DNA of 62,947 nucleotides, counting the filler, from Squatina squatina (Eukaryota), in the NCBI GenBank assembly GCA_031763465.1. It is 4 parts of 4 records of this genome, joined end to end, with 100 filler letters (N's around TTAATTAATTAA, not from the genome) between each part and the next. Parts side by side here need not be neighbours in the genome. Positions count along the whole stretch, not along the records: positions 29,078 to 44,601 come from JARFOE010000051.1; positions 44,702 to 62,947 come from JARFOE010000004.1; 2 more parts are not named here. The stretch is one strand, 5' to 3'. This document shows positions 36,976 to 48,190 of this stretch, piece by piece. A model generated the notes under the pieces. It was not told where the DNA came from. It made no database searches and saw only the letters and a program-made list of their open reading frames with translations. The position numbers and the translations under genes are program-made. Numbering within the stretch: position 1 is the stretch's first letter; every line of letters starts with the position of its first letter.

Positions 36976-39485
36976 TGCTTTCTTTCTATCTTACTTTCTA
37001 TCTTTCTTTCTATCTTTCTTGCTTTTATCTTTTCCTCTTTTATTTTTTCTTTCTTTCACCCATCATTTTTCTCTTTCTCTCCTTACTTTGCTCTCTCTTG
37101 CTTTTTTGCTTTTCTTTCTTTCCTTCTCTCCTTCTTTCTTTCTAATTATTGTTTATTCTATCTTTTCGCCTCCGTTTTTCTTTTTTCCCTTCTTCCATTC
37201 TTGCTTTGTTCTTATTAGTTTGTTCTTTCTTTCTATCTTTCTTGATTTTTTCTCAGTTTCCTTCCTGAATTCTTTATTGCGCTTATTCTTTCTTTCCAGC
37301 ATTTTTCAGTTCTTTCTTTTTTAAATTTTTTTCATGTTGCATTTTATTCTATTTTTCATCTCATCTTTGTTTCTTTCTTTTCTTCTTTTTCGCTTTCTTT
37401 ATTTTATGTATTTTCTCTTTAGTTATTTCCTTCTTTCTTTCTTCCTTTCATCTTTTCTTTCTTTCCTTATTCTTGGTCTCTTTCAATCTTGACTTTTTCC
37501 TCCCTCTCTTTTTTTCCTTCCTTTTTTCAGAATTTGCTGGTTTATTTCCTTTTTTCTTTCTTGCTTTACTTCTTCCATCGGTTTCTTTCTTGCAATTTTT
37601 TTTCCCTTCCTTCTAATATTTTTTCTCCATTTTCTTCATTTTTCTTTAGTTCTTTCTTTCCATATATCTATATTTCTTCTTACCTCCTCATTTCATTCTT
37701 TCTTTCAGTTTTTCTTGCTTTCACTATTATTTTCTCTTTTTCATTCCTGTACTTTTTCGTCCCTTCTTTCTTTCCTTCATTTTTTTTCTTTATTCACTTT
37801 CATTCCTTCCTTAGTTTATTGTTTCCTGCTTTTACTTTATTCTTTCTTTCCATCGAACGTTCTTCCCTTCTTGCTTGCTCTTTCCTTTCCTTCTGAGTTT
37901 CATGTCTTTTTCTTTCTTTCTTTGTATTTTCTTCCTTTGTTCCTCCTTTTCTGCTATTTTCTTTCTTTCTTATTTACATTCCTTCTTGCGTTTTTCCTTT
38001 TTCATTGTTTCCTTTTGTCCGTGTTTTCATTCCTTCCATCTTTCTCTCTTGTTTTCTCTCTTTCTTACTTTCCTTCTTTCTGCATTTCCCGGTTCCTTGA
38101 TTTTTTTTTACTTCATTTTTTCTTTCTTGCTCACTTGTTCTGCTTCCTTTCGTTCTTTCTGTCCCTCTTTCTTTATTCTCTTCTTTTTCTGTTCTTTGTT
38201 TCCTGTTTTCCTTATTTCATTTTTATGTTCTTTCTTAATTATATGTTCATTTTTATTTCTTCTCTCTTTCCTTTTATCTTTTATCCTTTACTTTTTTCTG
38301 TCTTATATTTCTGTCTTTCTTGATATCTTTCTTTCTTTGTTTCTTATTTCTCCCTTTCATTCTTTCTTTCAAACCTTTTTCTGTGTTTCTTTCTTTGTTG
38401 ATTATTTTCATTCTTTCCTTATTATTGTCTCTTGTTCCTTCATTTTTACTTGTATTCTTCATTTGATGTTTCTTTCACTCTTTCTTTCTTGCTTGCTTTT
38501 TTAATTATTTCTTTCTTTCATTCCTTCCTTCTTCCCTTCGAGCTTTTTATTCTTTCTCTCTCTGTTTCTTTTTTTTAATTTCTTTGATTCGTTTTTTTTG
38601 TTCTTATTTTTTTTTCATGTTTTTCTATTTTTCTCCTTTTGGGACATTTATTCCTGTGTTCCTACTTTACTTCTTACCGTTTTCCATCTTTCTTGCATTT
38701 GTACTGCCCTTCATTCCTTCCTTCTCTCAGTGTTTCTTTCTGTCCTTGTATTCAATCCCTTCATCTTTGTTTCTTGTTTTCTCTCTTCACAACTTTCCTT
38801 CCCTATTTCATTCATTCTTCATTTCCTTCTTTCATTCTTTCTTCCTTCCTTATTTTTTACGTGTTTTCTTTTTTTTCTTGCGGATTTGCTCTTTGTTCAT
38901 TCATTCTCACTATCCCTCTTTTGTATTTCTCTCCTTCTTTCTCTGTTTCTTTCTTTCTTGTTTCTTCCTTATTTCTTTTTACATCTTTTCTTTGTTACTC
39001 ACTTTCTTCCTTTTATTCTTTCATCACTTTTTTGTTTTCTAATGTTTATTTTATGTCTTCATTTTCTCTCATTCTTGATTTTTTTCTTTCAGTCTGATTT
39101 GCTTTTTTATTTGTTCCTGTTTTCTGTCGATCGTTCTTACTTTCAGCTGGTTTTTTTGAACTTCATTCTCTCTTTCCTTTTTGATGGTCACTCTTTCTCT
39201 CATGTCTCATTTTTCATCTTTCTTTCTTTCATCCCTGCGATTTTGTTCATTCTTTCTCTCCTTTTTTCATTCTTCTTTGCTATTTTCCTTCTTTTAGTCT
39301 TGCTTTCAATTTTCGTTTCTTGCTGTTTTCTCTCCTTCTATCGTTCTTCCATTTTATTCTGCTATTCTTTCTTTCATACATTTATTCTTTCTTTCATTCA
39401 TTCTTGCTGTTTTTCCTTCCGTCTTTCTTTCATGTAGCTTTTTCTTTTCTTTCTTTCATTCTTTGTTTCTTCCTTTTTGTTTATT
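36976..39485. repeat. About 2.5-kb T/C-rich low-complexity tract (degenerate TTTC)
   Basis: Almost purely pyrimidine on the + strand. It produces the spurious F/L/S-rich ORFs. Confidence 0.95.
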
Positions 39486-39489
39486 CAGA

Positions 39490-42400
39490 ACGTAAGAACA
39501 AAGTAACTTAAGCAACATGTGCAGGAATATTCTATATGTCCTCTCGGCCTACTCCATCATTCAACAAGATCATGCCTGATCTTCCAGCACAACTCCTTTT
39601 TGATGCACTACCCCCATATCCCTTGATGCATTTAATATCTAGAAATCTACCAATCTCTGCCTTGAATATACTCAATGACTGATACTACACATTCCTCTGA
39701 GTTACAGAATTACAAAGATGCACCACAGTCTGAGTGAAGAGATTTCTCCTCATCTTAGTCCTAAATGGACTACACCTTATTTTGAGAAAGCTCGAGATCA
39801 AGCAGCCAGGGGAAACATCCTCGCTGAATCTCCCTGTCGATTTGTGTAAAAATGTTGTATGTTTCTATGAGATCAACTGACATTATTCTAAATTCTAGAA
39901 AATGCATGTCTAGTCTCCTCAACAGCTCCTCATAGAACAATCCCCCCATCTCAGCAATCAGACTTGTGAGCCTTCGTTACACTCCCACTATGACAAGTAC
40001 ATCGTTCCTTCGGTCAGTAGACCAAAACTGCACACAATACTCCAGTTGCTGTCTCATCAACGTCCTATAAAATTGCAGTTTTATTGCCCATCTTCAGAAA
40101 CCATGCAGAGATGCAGATACAGGCAACAATCATTATATTGAAATGAGTCGCAGGGAGAGGTGCTCTTGAAAATCTGCAACAACCACACTCTGCAAAACTA
40201 CAACAATTCATATCTTTTATCCACCTTTGGTCATTTGCACACATTCCAATCCTGTCACTTTGCAATCTGAATGTAAGCAGACTCACACTTCGCCCTGATT
40301 TCATCTCACGACTTTTCCCTTTAGTTCTCGTTATCTTTACTAGTAGAATGTGACTTCTTACCACCACCGAGTCTAGGCTGACCTGGCTACCTTATTGATG
40401 TCTTGTGCCTGTTTGTTATTCTGACTGATGAGTTGTACACCATGGTACCAAGCTGCAAATACCTGGCTTCTCACCACGTGTCACATTTATCAAGATGGTG
40501 TTTGGGCTTAATGGTACTCAAGATATAACATCTCTCTCCCTGTCTCCGTCATGGAACACTTCTTTGCTATTCGAAACTTAGCTATGTTATGCCAACATTC
40601 GGTCAACATAAGACATATGCTGTCTTTTGCACTAATACAAAGAGGGCTGTCAGCTGTGTGTTTTCTGTCCTGACAGCATTAACCGTGTTGTCCTTTTAAC
40701 CCTACTTGACTTGTTGCTTTTCCAGAGCAATGCTTGATATGAAACTCACTAAGTTAATATAAAACGCACTAAAACCAATTTCTACCCCAACAGCAGTAAT
40801 ATTTCTGCACTCAAATCCCCTTGTAATATAGCCCCAGCTAACATTCGGTTTCCTAACTGCTTGCTGCACCTGCATGTTAGCTTTCAATGACTCCTGTAGA
40901 AGGTTACCCAGGTCCCTTTGAACATCAACATTTCCCAATCTCTCACCAGTTAAACAATACTCTACATTTCTCTTTTCCAACCAAAGTGAATAACTTCATA
41001 TTTCGAGTTTACATTCCATCTGCCACGTTCTTGCCAACTCACTTCGCCTATCTATTTCCTCTTGAAGCATGGTTGTATACTCCTCACAATTCACAATCTC
41101 ATCATCATCTTCAAACTTGGAAATAAAACACTTGGCACCTCATTCAAATCATTGATATCAACTGTGACTAACTGAGGCCCATGAACTAGCCCTTGAGATA
41201 GCCCACTCTTCCCAGCCTGCCAAACAGAAAATGACCCGTTTATTCCTACTCCCTGTCATCTGTCTGTTAACCAATTCTCAATCCATGCCAATATGTTACC
41301 TGCAAGCCTGTGATCTCTAATTGTGTTCACTAACCTCTCGAGTGAAACCTTATCGATCGCATTCTGAAAATCCAATCACACCATATTTCTTTTCTATTCT
41401 TCGAGTTACAACCAAAACAAATCCAACAACCATGTAAAATATGATTTCCCTGCCATAAATTCATGTTGAATCTGTCCAATGCAAACATTATTTTCGAAAT
41501 GTCCTGTTATCACATACTTTTCCATAGATTCTGTCCTGCACCCCACGACTGATATATGTAGTTCCCTATTTTCTCTCTCGCTCCTTTCTTAAATATTGGG
41601 ACTACAGTCGCTACATTCTTATCTGCAGGAACCGTTCTAAAATCTATGGAATTTTTGAAGACTGCAGCCAATGCATCCACTATCTCTATAGTCATCTCTT
41701 ACAAAACGCTCAGATGTAGATCTTCACGTTCTGGAGATTTATCAATGCACAGTCTCATTAATTGCTCCAGTACTTTTTTTTTACTGATACTAATTTCTTT
41801 CAGTTCCTCCTTGTCACTCGTCACCAGTTTGTCCTTTATTTCTGGCGGATTTTTGTTTCTTCCTCCGTGAAACCAGGTAAAACGAATTTGTTAAATTTCT
41901 CTGCCACTATCTTCTTCCACATTATAAATTCAAATGTTTCTGCCTGGAAGAAACGCACGTTTGCTTTCACCAACCTATTCCTTTTTACACACCAATAGAA
42001 GATTTTACAGTCTGTTTCAATGTTGCTCGCGAGTTTACTCTCTTATTCTCTTTTCCCTTCCTTGATCAATTTCTCGGTCCTCTTTTGCTGATTTTTAAAA
42101 TATTTCCATTCCTCAGGCTTAAAGCATTTTTTTTATCGAAAACTATGTTAAACTTCTCGTTTTAACTACGGGTGACCAATTTTCCTGTTGTTTTTTTTTG
42201 CCTTAAAGGATTTATGTTTATTGAAAGTTATGGATCCAGTCTTTAAATGATCGCTGTTACATGTCTACTGTCATAACTTTTAATTTAGTTTCACAATCTA
42301 CCAAAGTTAACTCGCCCCCCAAACCCTCTTATCTCCCTCTGTTTATATTTCAGACCCTAGTTTAGGATTCAACAACATCACTTTCAAAACTAATATAAAT

Positions 42401-42890
42401 TCTGTGATTATAGTGTCACTCTTCCCTAAAGGCCCTTTTGCAGCAATATTATTAATTAGTACTTTCTCATTGCACAATCCAAGATCAAAATAGACTTTGG
42501 GTTTGTTCCTCAACGTACTGCTCCAGAATACCTTCTAGTCGACAATCCAGGAATTCTTCCTCCACATTATTAGTGCTAATTTCGTTTGTCTAGTCTATAT
42601 GTAGATTATAGTATCCCGTGACTTCTGTATGATGCTTGATATATGCATCTCCAATCTCCTGATTTATACCGTGCCCTGCATTACCACCACGACTGAGTGT
42701 CCTGTAAACAAGACTGCACAATGTTTTCTGCCACTTGTTGTTTCTTATCTCCACCCAAGGAGATTCTACATCACGATCTTCCCATCCAAGTCCCTTCCTC
42801 ACCATTGAACTGACCTCCTGCTTCCCCAATAGTGCTACCCCAGCTCCATATCCATTTGGCCTTTCAATCCTAAATGTCGAATCGCCTTGA
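39490..42890 (-). mobile_element. Long degraded CR1 LINE (endonuclease to 3' tail), interrupted at about 40075-40790
   Basis: EN remnant VESPWVEIRNNK..LVYR (about 42700), RT remnant IVDALAAVFKNSIDFRTVPAD..ATVVPIFKKGAREKIGNY, VQRDLG..QVQQAVRK (about 40900), reverse tail at 39490. Confidence 0.87.
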
Positions 42891-42914
42891 ATATTCAGCT
42901 CCCAGACTATCTTT

Positions 42915-43650
42915 TCAGATTTGCTTTCATCTTGCTTCCTTTCTATCTTGGTTTCTTTCTTTACTTTATTCTTTCTGTCTATTCATTCTTTCTTGGTTTT
43001 TCACTTTCTTTCTTTCCTTCCTTCCTCCTTGCTTTATTTCCAGCATTCTTCTGCTTTCTAACTTTCCATCTTTGTTTTATTTCTGTATTTCCTTCTTACT
43101 TTCTTTCTGTTCTGTCTTCCTTTCCTTCTGTCTATTTCTATCTGTCCTGCTTTCTTTCTTTCCATCTTTTTCATTCTTTCATTCTTTCTCTTTCCTTCCT
43201 TCTTTCTTTTTTTCTGTCTTATTTTTTTCTTTCTTGTTTCCCATCTTGTTTTTTTCGGTCCTTATTTATTTGGTTCTTGCTTTTTGCTGTTTTGCTTGAT
43301 TTTCCTTTCTTTCTTTGCTTTCTTCTTCCTTTCATTTTCTTTGGTTCCAGATATGTTAATTTTCTTTTTAATTTATTTCCTTCCTTCCATCTTAATTTTT
43401 GTTTTTCCTATCATTTTATTCTTTCTTGATTTTCTCTTCCTTTCTTTCTTTCCTTCCTTCTTTCTTTCTTCACTTCTTTCATTTTCTCTTTCTTCCCATC
43501 GTTTCTGTTTTTTTCTTTATTTCCATTTTCATTTCTCCATTTCTTGCTTTTTTCATTTGCTTCTCTCTTTCTTACTTTCTTTTTTTCTTGAATTTTTACT
43601 TTCTTCTCTGCTTTTTCCATTTCTTTCTTCCCCCCTTCTTTATGTGTTCC
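42915..43650. repeat. Second T/C-rich low-complexity tract (runs into gap)
   Basis: Same composition as 36976-39485. Confidence 0.93.
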
Positions 43651-43750
43651 NNNNNNNNNNNNNNNNNNNNNNNNNNNNNNNNNNNNNNNNNNNNNNNNNN
43701 NNNNNNNNNNNNNNNNNNNNNNNNNNNNNNNNNNNNNNNNNNNNNNNNNN

Positions 43751-44180
43751 ATCTCTCCTCACAGGACAATCCCGCCATCCCAGGAATCAGTTTGGTAAAC
43801 CTTTGTTGCACTCCCTCTATGGCAAGAACATCCTTCCTTAGGTAAGGAGACCAAAAGCGTAGACACAGTATTCCAGGTGTGGTCTCTCCAGGACCCGATA
43901 TAATTATACTTAAATCCTCTTGTAATACTGTAAAGGCCAACTTACCATTTGCTTTCTTAATTGCTTGCTGTACGGCATGTTGACTTTCTGTAATTTGTGC
44001 ACAAGGACACCCGGGGCCCTCAGAACACCAATACTTCCCAATCTCTCAACAGTTAAAAACAAATACTCTGCTTTTCTATTTTTCCTACCAAAGTGGATAA
44101 ACTTCACGTTTCTCCACATTATAGTCCATCTGCCATGTTCCTGCCCATTCACTTAACCGGTCTATATCCCCTCGCCTCCT
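43751..44180 (-). mobile_element. CR1 LINE RT/C-terminal fragment
   Basis: FWSPYLRKDVLAIEGVQQRFTKLIPGMAGLSCEER and IHFGRKNRKAEY. Confidence 0.9.
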
Positions 44181-44601
44181 ATCCACCCATTGCTCCCCAA
44201 GACTTGGGTACAGAGTTGAAACCCAAGCAGATGGAGCAACATTTGTAAAATGGGCATACGAAAGTCAGAGAGGAGAACAACAAATGAAGAATCGTGGCAA
44301 GATCAGGATTTAGCAAAAAAAGGGACTTTTATTTGAACCGATCAAAACAAAAATCCATCACCATTTGACAATAGGCTGCACCTTCTTATTCTATGTATTT
44401 TATTCCACTGTTTAACCGTTGATGACGGTTACGTTACAAATAACTGGTACAAGTCAAACCCAGAATTGAGTAGTGATTGATACAAGTGTATAAATTTATC
44501 CTGAGTATTAGCACATAACGTTGAATTAAGTACCCATGTCAGAGACCAAAGAGGAAGTCTTACTCAAATTCTAAAGAGACTATTTAAGCCATAGTCACAA
44601 C

Positions 44602-44701
44602 NNNNNNNNNNNNNNNNNNNNNNNNNNNNNNNNNNNNNNNNNNNNTTAATTAATTAANNNNNNNNNNNNNNNNNNNNNNNNNNNNNNNNNNNNNNNNNNN
44701 N
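44602..44701. other. Artificial scaffold linker
   Basis: N44-TTAATTAATTAA-N44. Confidence 0.98.
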
Positions 44702-45331
44702 AGCGAAAATCAAATTGTGGACCACAATGGATTCAATATCCATGATCTAAACAATGCCAGGTCCATACCTGGAGTTGAATTAAATACTGACAACATCAAT
44801 GCATCGCTGAATATCGATTCCCAAGAAGCTACCAGCGAGATGATGACCGATGATGAAACATTGACCAGTATGAGAGATCCAAACCCTCAAGACGTCCAGC
44901 AAGCTAAAGATGATGATGATGAAGAAAACCAGTTCTTTAATTCCTTCACTTCTGTGTTGCCTAAATTTAGAAGCAAGCCCAAACAATCACCACCAGTAGA
45001 ACCTCAGATTTTGAAAACACCTCCTTCATCGCCAGCAGAGCCTATTCCTATCCTATCTACAAAGCCATTGAGATTTCTTCCTGGAGTTTTGGTTGGTTGG
45101 GAAAACCAATCCACATCTCTTGAATTATCTGACAGACCATTGGATGATATTCTTCAGAGTCTATTGGGAGATGCAGATAAAGAAGCTGAACAGAAGTCTG
45201 TCTCCAGCACTGGACCTGACTTAGGAGAGCCTCTAGTTAGTAAAAAAGATTTAAAACTACCTGAAGAAACCAGTGAAGATCAGGAGAAGGCTAAAAATGT
45301 CTTGCATGATCTTCCAGAGGAAAATGAGAAA
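44702..45331 (+). CDS. PHF3: PHF3 terminal exon, 5' block (partial)
   Basis: EENQFFNSFTSVL...KPLRFLPGVLVGWENQSTSLELSDRPLDDILQSLLG matches recalled PHF3 EENDFFNSFTTVL...KPLRFLPGVLIGWENQPTTLEL...DDILQSLLG. The right boundary is approximate. Confidence 0.9.
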
Positions 45332-45820
45332 GCTATTTATTGCTTTTGGAATAGGAGAAGATAAGTTAGGGTCAGAGGAGTTGTAATATAGCAACCACTT
45401 TTATTANNNNNNNNNNNNNNNNNNNNNNNNNNNNNNNNNNNNNNNNNNNNNNNNNNNNNNNNNNNNNNNNNNNNNNNNNNNNNNNNNNNNNNNNNNNNNN
45501 NNNNNNNNNNNNNNNNNNNNNNNNNNNNNNNNNNNNNNNNNNNNNNNNNNNNNNNNNNNNNNNNNNNNNNNNNNNNNNNNNNNNNNNNNNNNNNNNNNNN
45601 NNNNNNNNNNNNNNNNNNNNNNNNNNNNNNNNNNNNNNNNNNNNNNNNNNNNNNNNNNNNNNNNNNNNNNNNNNNNNNNNNNNNNNNNNNNNNNNNNNNN
45701 NNNNNNNNNNNNNNNNNNNNNNNNNNNNNNNNNNNNNNNNNNNNNNNNNNNNNNNNNNNNNNNNNNNNNNNNNNNNNNNNNNNNNNNNNNNNNNNNNNNN
45801 NNNNNNNGGCCGGGAGGGGG

Positions 45821-45970
45821 GGGGCGGGGTTTGGGTGATGGACGCGCGGGTGTGGGCGGGGTTTGGGTGATGGACGAGTGTGTGGGCGGGGTTTGGGTGA
45901 TGGACCTGAGTGTGTGGGCGGGGTTTGGGTGATGGACGTGAGTGTGTGGGCGGGGTTTGGGTGATAGACG
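45821..45970. repeat. G-rich tandem repeat, 5 copies of about 30-32 bp
   Basis: Core GTGGGCGGGGTTTGGGTGATGGAC. Confidence 0.9.
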
Positions 45971-46029
45971 GGAGGGTGGGCGCGGCGCGGGTCGGCTAAC
46001 GGTTGCTTTCCCTTTCAGCAGCAGTGGCC

Positions 46030-46119
46030 ATGGCGGAGTTAGCGCGGTTGGAGCTGGCGGTGCAGCAGCAAGGCGAGCGGGTGCGCCAGCTGAAGGCGGA
46101 GAAAGCCCCTCAGAACCAG
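46030..46119 (+). CDS. HARS1: WHEP-TRS domain start exon, most like histidyl-tRNA synthetase (not in ORF track)
   Basis: Branch ggctaac, polypyrimidine tract, acceptor at 46018, Kozak GCCATGG, peptide MAELARLELAVQQQGERVRQLKAEKAPQNQ (30 aa), donor |GTCAGT. QGERVR and the 90-nt coding length fit HARS. Other WHEP synthetases are not excluded. Confidence 0.65.
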
Positions 46120-46597
46120 GTCAGTGCCAGGAACAGCGGTAAAGACAAGCTCCTGTGACGGGCGAAGCCGTGGCCTCGCATGGCGGCAGCCGCCACGAAT
46201 CGCGGCTTCAGTCCCGGGGCCCGGGGGCAGCAGGCCTGGGGTGGGGAGCAGGTCTGATGACGAAGCGAGTAGCCCACTGCTGCTTGCTTCCCCCCACGGT
46301 CGAGTAGCCCACTGACATTTGTCATGAATGACCACGTGGACAGGATGCCTCCTGGCGTCCCTGAAACTCTTATCAGTGAGAATCCAAGAGGAAGTGTCCA
46401 TACTGTACCTTTGTCAGTGCACATCCTCCTGCATTTTGGCTCATTGAATCTGCCTGTGGTACAAATGGACCTCGGTGTAAGCAAGATATAAAAGAAAGCT
46501 ATTGAAACCCATTTATGCCGGAGCCACAGATTGAAACTTAGCTAATTTGTGTAAAATCATTATGATAGCACTTGCAATAGTACCTACTTAAAAAAAA

Positions 46598-47257
46598 CCT
46601 TTCACCTCTGACCATCCAATTGATGTCAATAGATATGTACCAAATTCAGGAACACCAAATTTTCAACCTATTAAGGATGACCATAGACAAGAAAGACATC
46701 ATTGTGATCTTTGGGATAGATATAGCCAACGTTCAGAACATAATTTTAGCAAGGAGCATGGCAGTCATCATAGACATAGGTTTTATAGTGATTCTTATCA
46801 TCGAAGAAAAGATAGGCACAAAGAAAGAGAGAGGGATAAAGAAAGAGAGAGGGACCAATATTGGGACCGAGATTCAGAGCGAGACAGGGACAAGTATAAA
46901 GAAAGAGACCGCGATAAAGGGAGAGACAGAGAGAAGAGAAGAAGTCATGAGGACAGGTATAGAGATAAAGATCGGGACCGATATCGAGAGCGTGAAAGGA
47001 GCCATGATGGCGCGGATTCGAGAAGAGAACGAAGCAAAGAAAGAGAAAAGGGTAAATCTGAAAATGAAGATCACGATAGTGACAAAGATAGAGGAAAGGG
47101 AAGGAGCAAGGACAAGCACAGAGAGAAGATCCAGGAAAGAGAAAAAGATGTGGAACGAGATAAACACCATAGGGATAAAGACCATGATAAAAGGGACCAC
47201 AGTGACAGAAGCAAAAGCAAGAAGAGAAAGAGTTCTCCAGAGTCTACTGTTGACTAA
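46598..47257 (+). CDS. PHF3: PHF3 terminal exon, C-terminal Arg/Asp/Glu-rich block (not in ORF track)
   Basis: The frame of 46622 reads PNFQPIKDDHRQERHHCDLW...RHRFYSDSYH...KRDHSDRSKSKKRKSSPESTVD* (TAA 47255-47257), matching recalled PHF3 ERRHSDPW..RFYSDSHH..RDHTDRTKSKR. The left boundary is approximate. Confidence 0.88.
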   Translation, partial: PFTSDHPIDVNRYVPNSGTPNFQPIKDDHRQERHHCDLWDRYSQRSEHNFSKEHGSHHRHRFYSDSYHRRKDRHKERERDKERERDQYWDRDSERDRDKYKERDRDKGRDREKRRSHEDRYRDKDRDRYRERERSHDGADSRRERSKEREKGKSENEDHDSDKDRGKGRSKDKHREKIQEREKDVERDKHHRDKDHDKRDHSDRSKSKKRKSSPESTVD

Positions 47258-47559
47258 CTTATCGGTATAGAACCAAAAATGCTAATCTGTGAACTTTGTC
47301 CTGATAGTTTCAAGCAGATATCTGTACTCGTCAACTAGGATGCCAGTTCATGTTGCAATGTTATGATGACATGATTTCACTTGTGTGTTTTCTTGTACAA
47401 CATACAGTATTTACAACCATGTCTTGCTGCTCTTAACTACTAATTAACAATACGAGAAGCTGGTAGTATAACTTTTTAAGTAATTTTATTACTTCTGATT
47501 ATTAGCCAAACAGATAGTTCTAGCATGAGCTACTATACATGTCAAAATTGAAAAAACTA

Positions 47560-48190
47560 CAGCTCTTGCTGTTACTGTAGTCTCTGCTGCTGCTGCTCTT
47601 TCTGTAGTCTCTGCTGAGCCCTCTTTTTCTGTAGTCTCTGGTGCTCCCGATCATTCAGTATTCCCTGCTGCTTCCAATTATTCTGAAGTCACTGGCACTC
47701 CTGTTCTTTCTGCAGTCTCTCCTGCTCCTGCTGCTTATGCACTCTCTGCTACTCCCGCTCTTTCTGTACTCTCTTCTGCACCTGCTCTTTCTGTAATCTC
47801 TCCTGTTTCCGCTCTTTCTCTGGTCTCTGCTGTTCCCCCTCATTCTGTTGCCTCTGTTACACCCACTCTTACTGTAGGTTCTGCTGCTCCCGCTCTTTCT
47901 GTAGTCCCTCCTGCTTCTGTTCTTTCTGTAGTCTCTGCTACTCCTGTTCTTTCTGTCGTCTCTGCTGCTCCCACTTGTTTTGTAGTGTCTGCTGTTCCCT
48001 TCCTTTGTGTAGTCTTTGCTGCTCGCACTATAGTTGTAGTCTCTGTTGTCCCCACACTTTCTGTGGTCTCTGCTGCTACCACTCTTTCTCTAGTAGATTC
48101 TGCTCCCACACTTTCGGAGTCTCTGCTGCACCCACTTTTTCTGTAGTCTCTGCTGCTCCCGCTCTTTGTGTAATCTCTCCTGCTCCTGCT
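47560..48190. repeat. 30-bp minisatellite (about 20 copies)
   Basis: Consensus CTGCTCCCGCTCTTTCTGTAGTCTCTGCTG. Confidence 0.92.

Noticed and set aside
36912-43845. Many F/L/S-rich ORFs as membrane proteins
   Set aside because: They come from stop-poor polypyrimidine sequence and occur in all three frames.
46254-46380. CUGAUGA plus stem as a hammerhead ribozyme or C/D snoRNA
   Set aside because: No GAAA follows the stem, and there is no convincing C/D terminal stem.
46620-47270. 216-aa ORF-track protein MMSIDMYQ...
   Set aside because: It is a shadow frame. The PHF3-homologous frame is shifted and ends at 47257.
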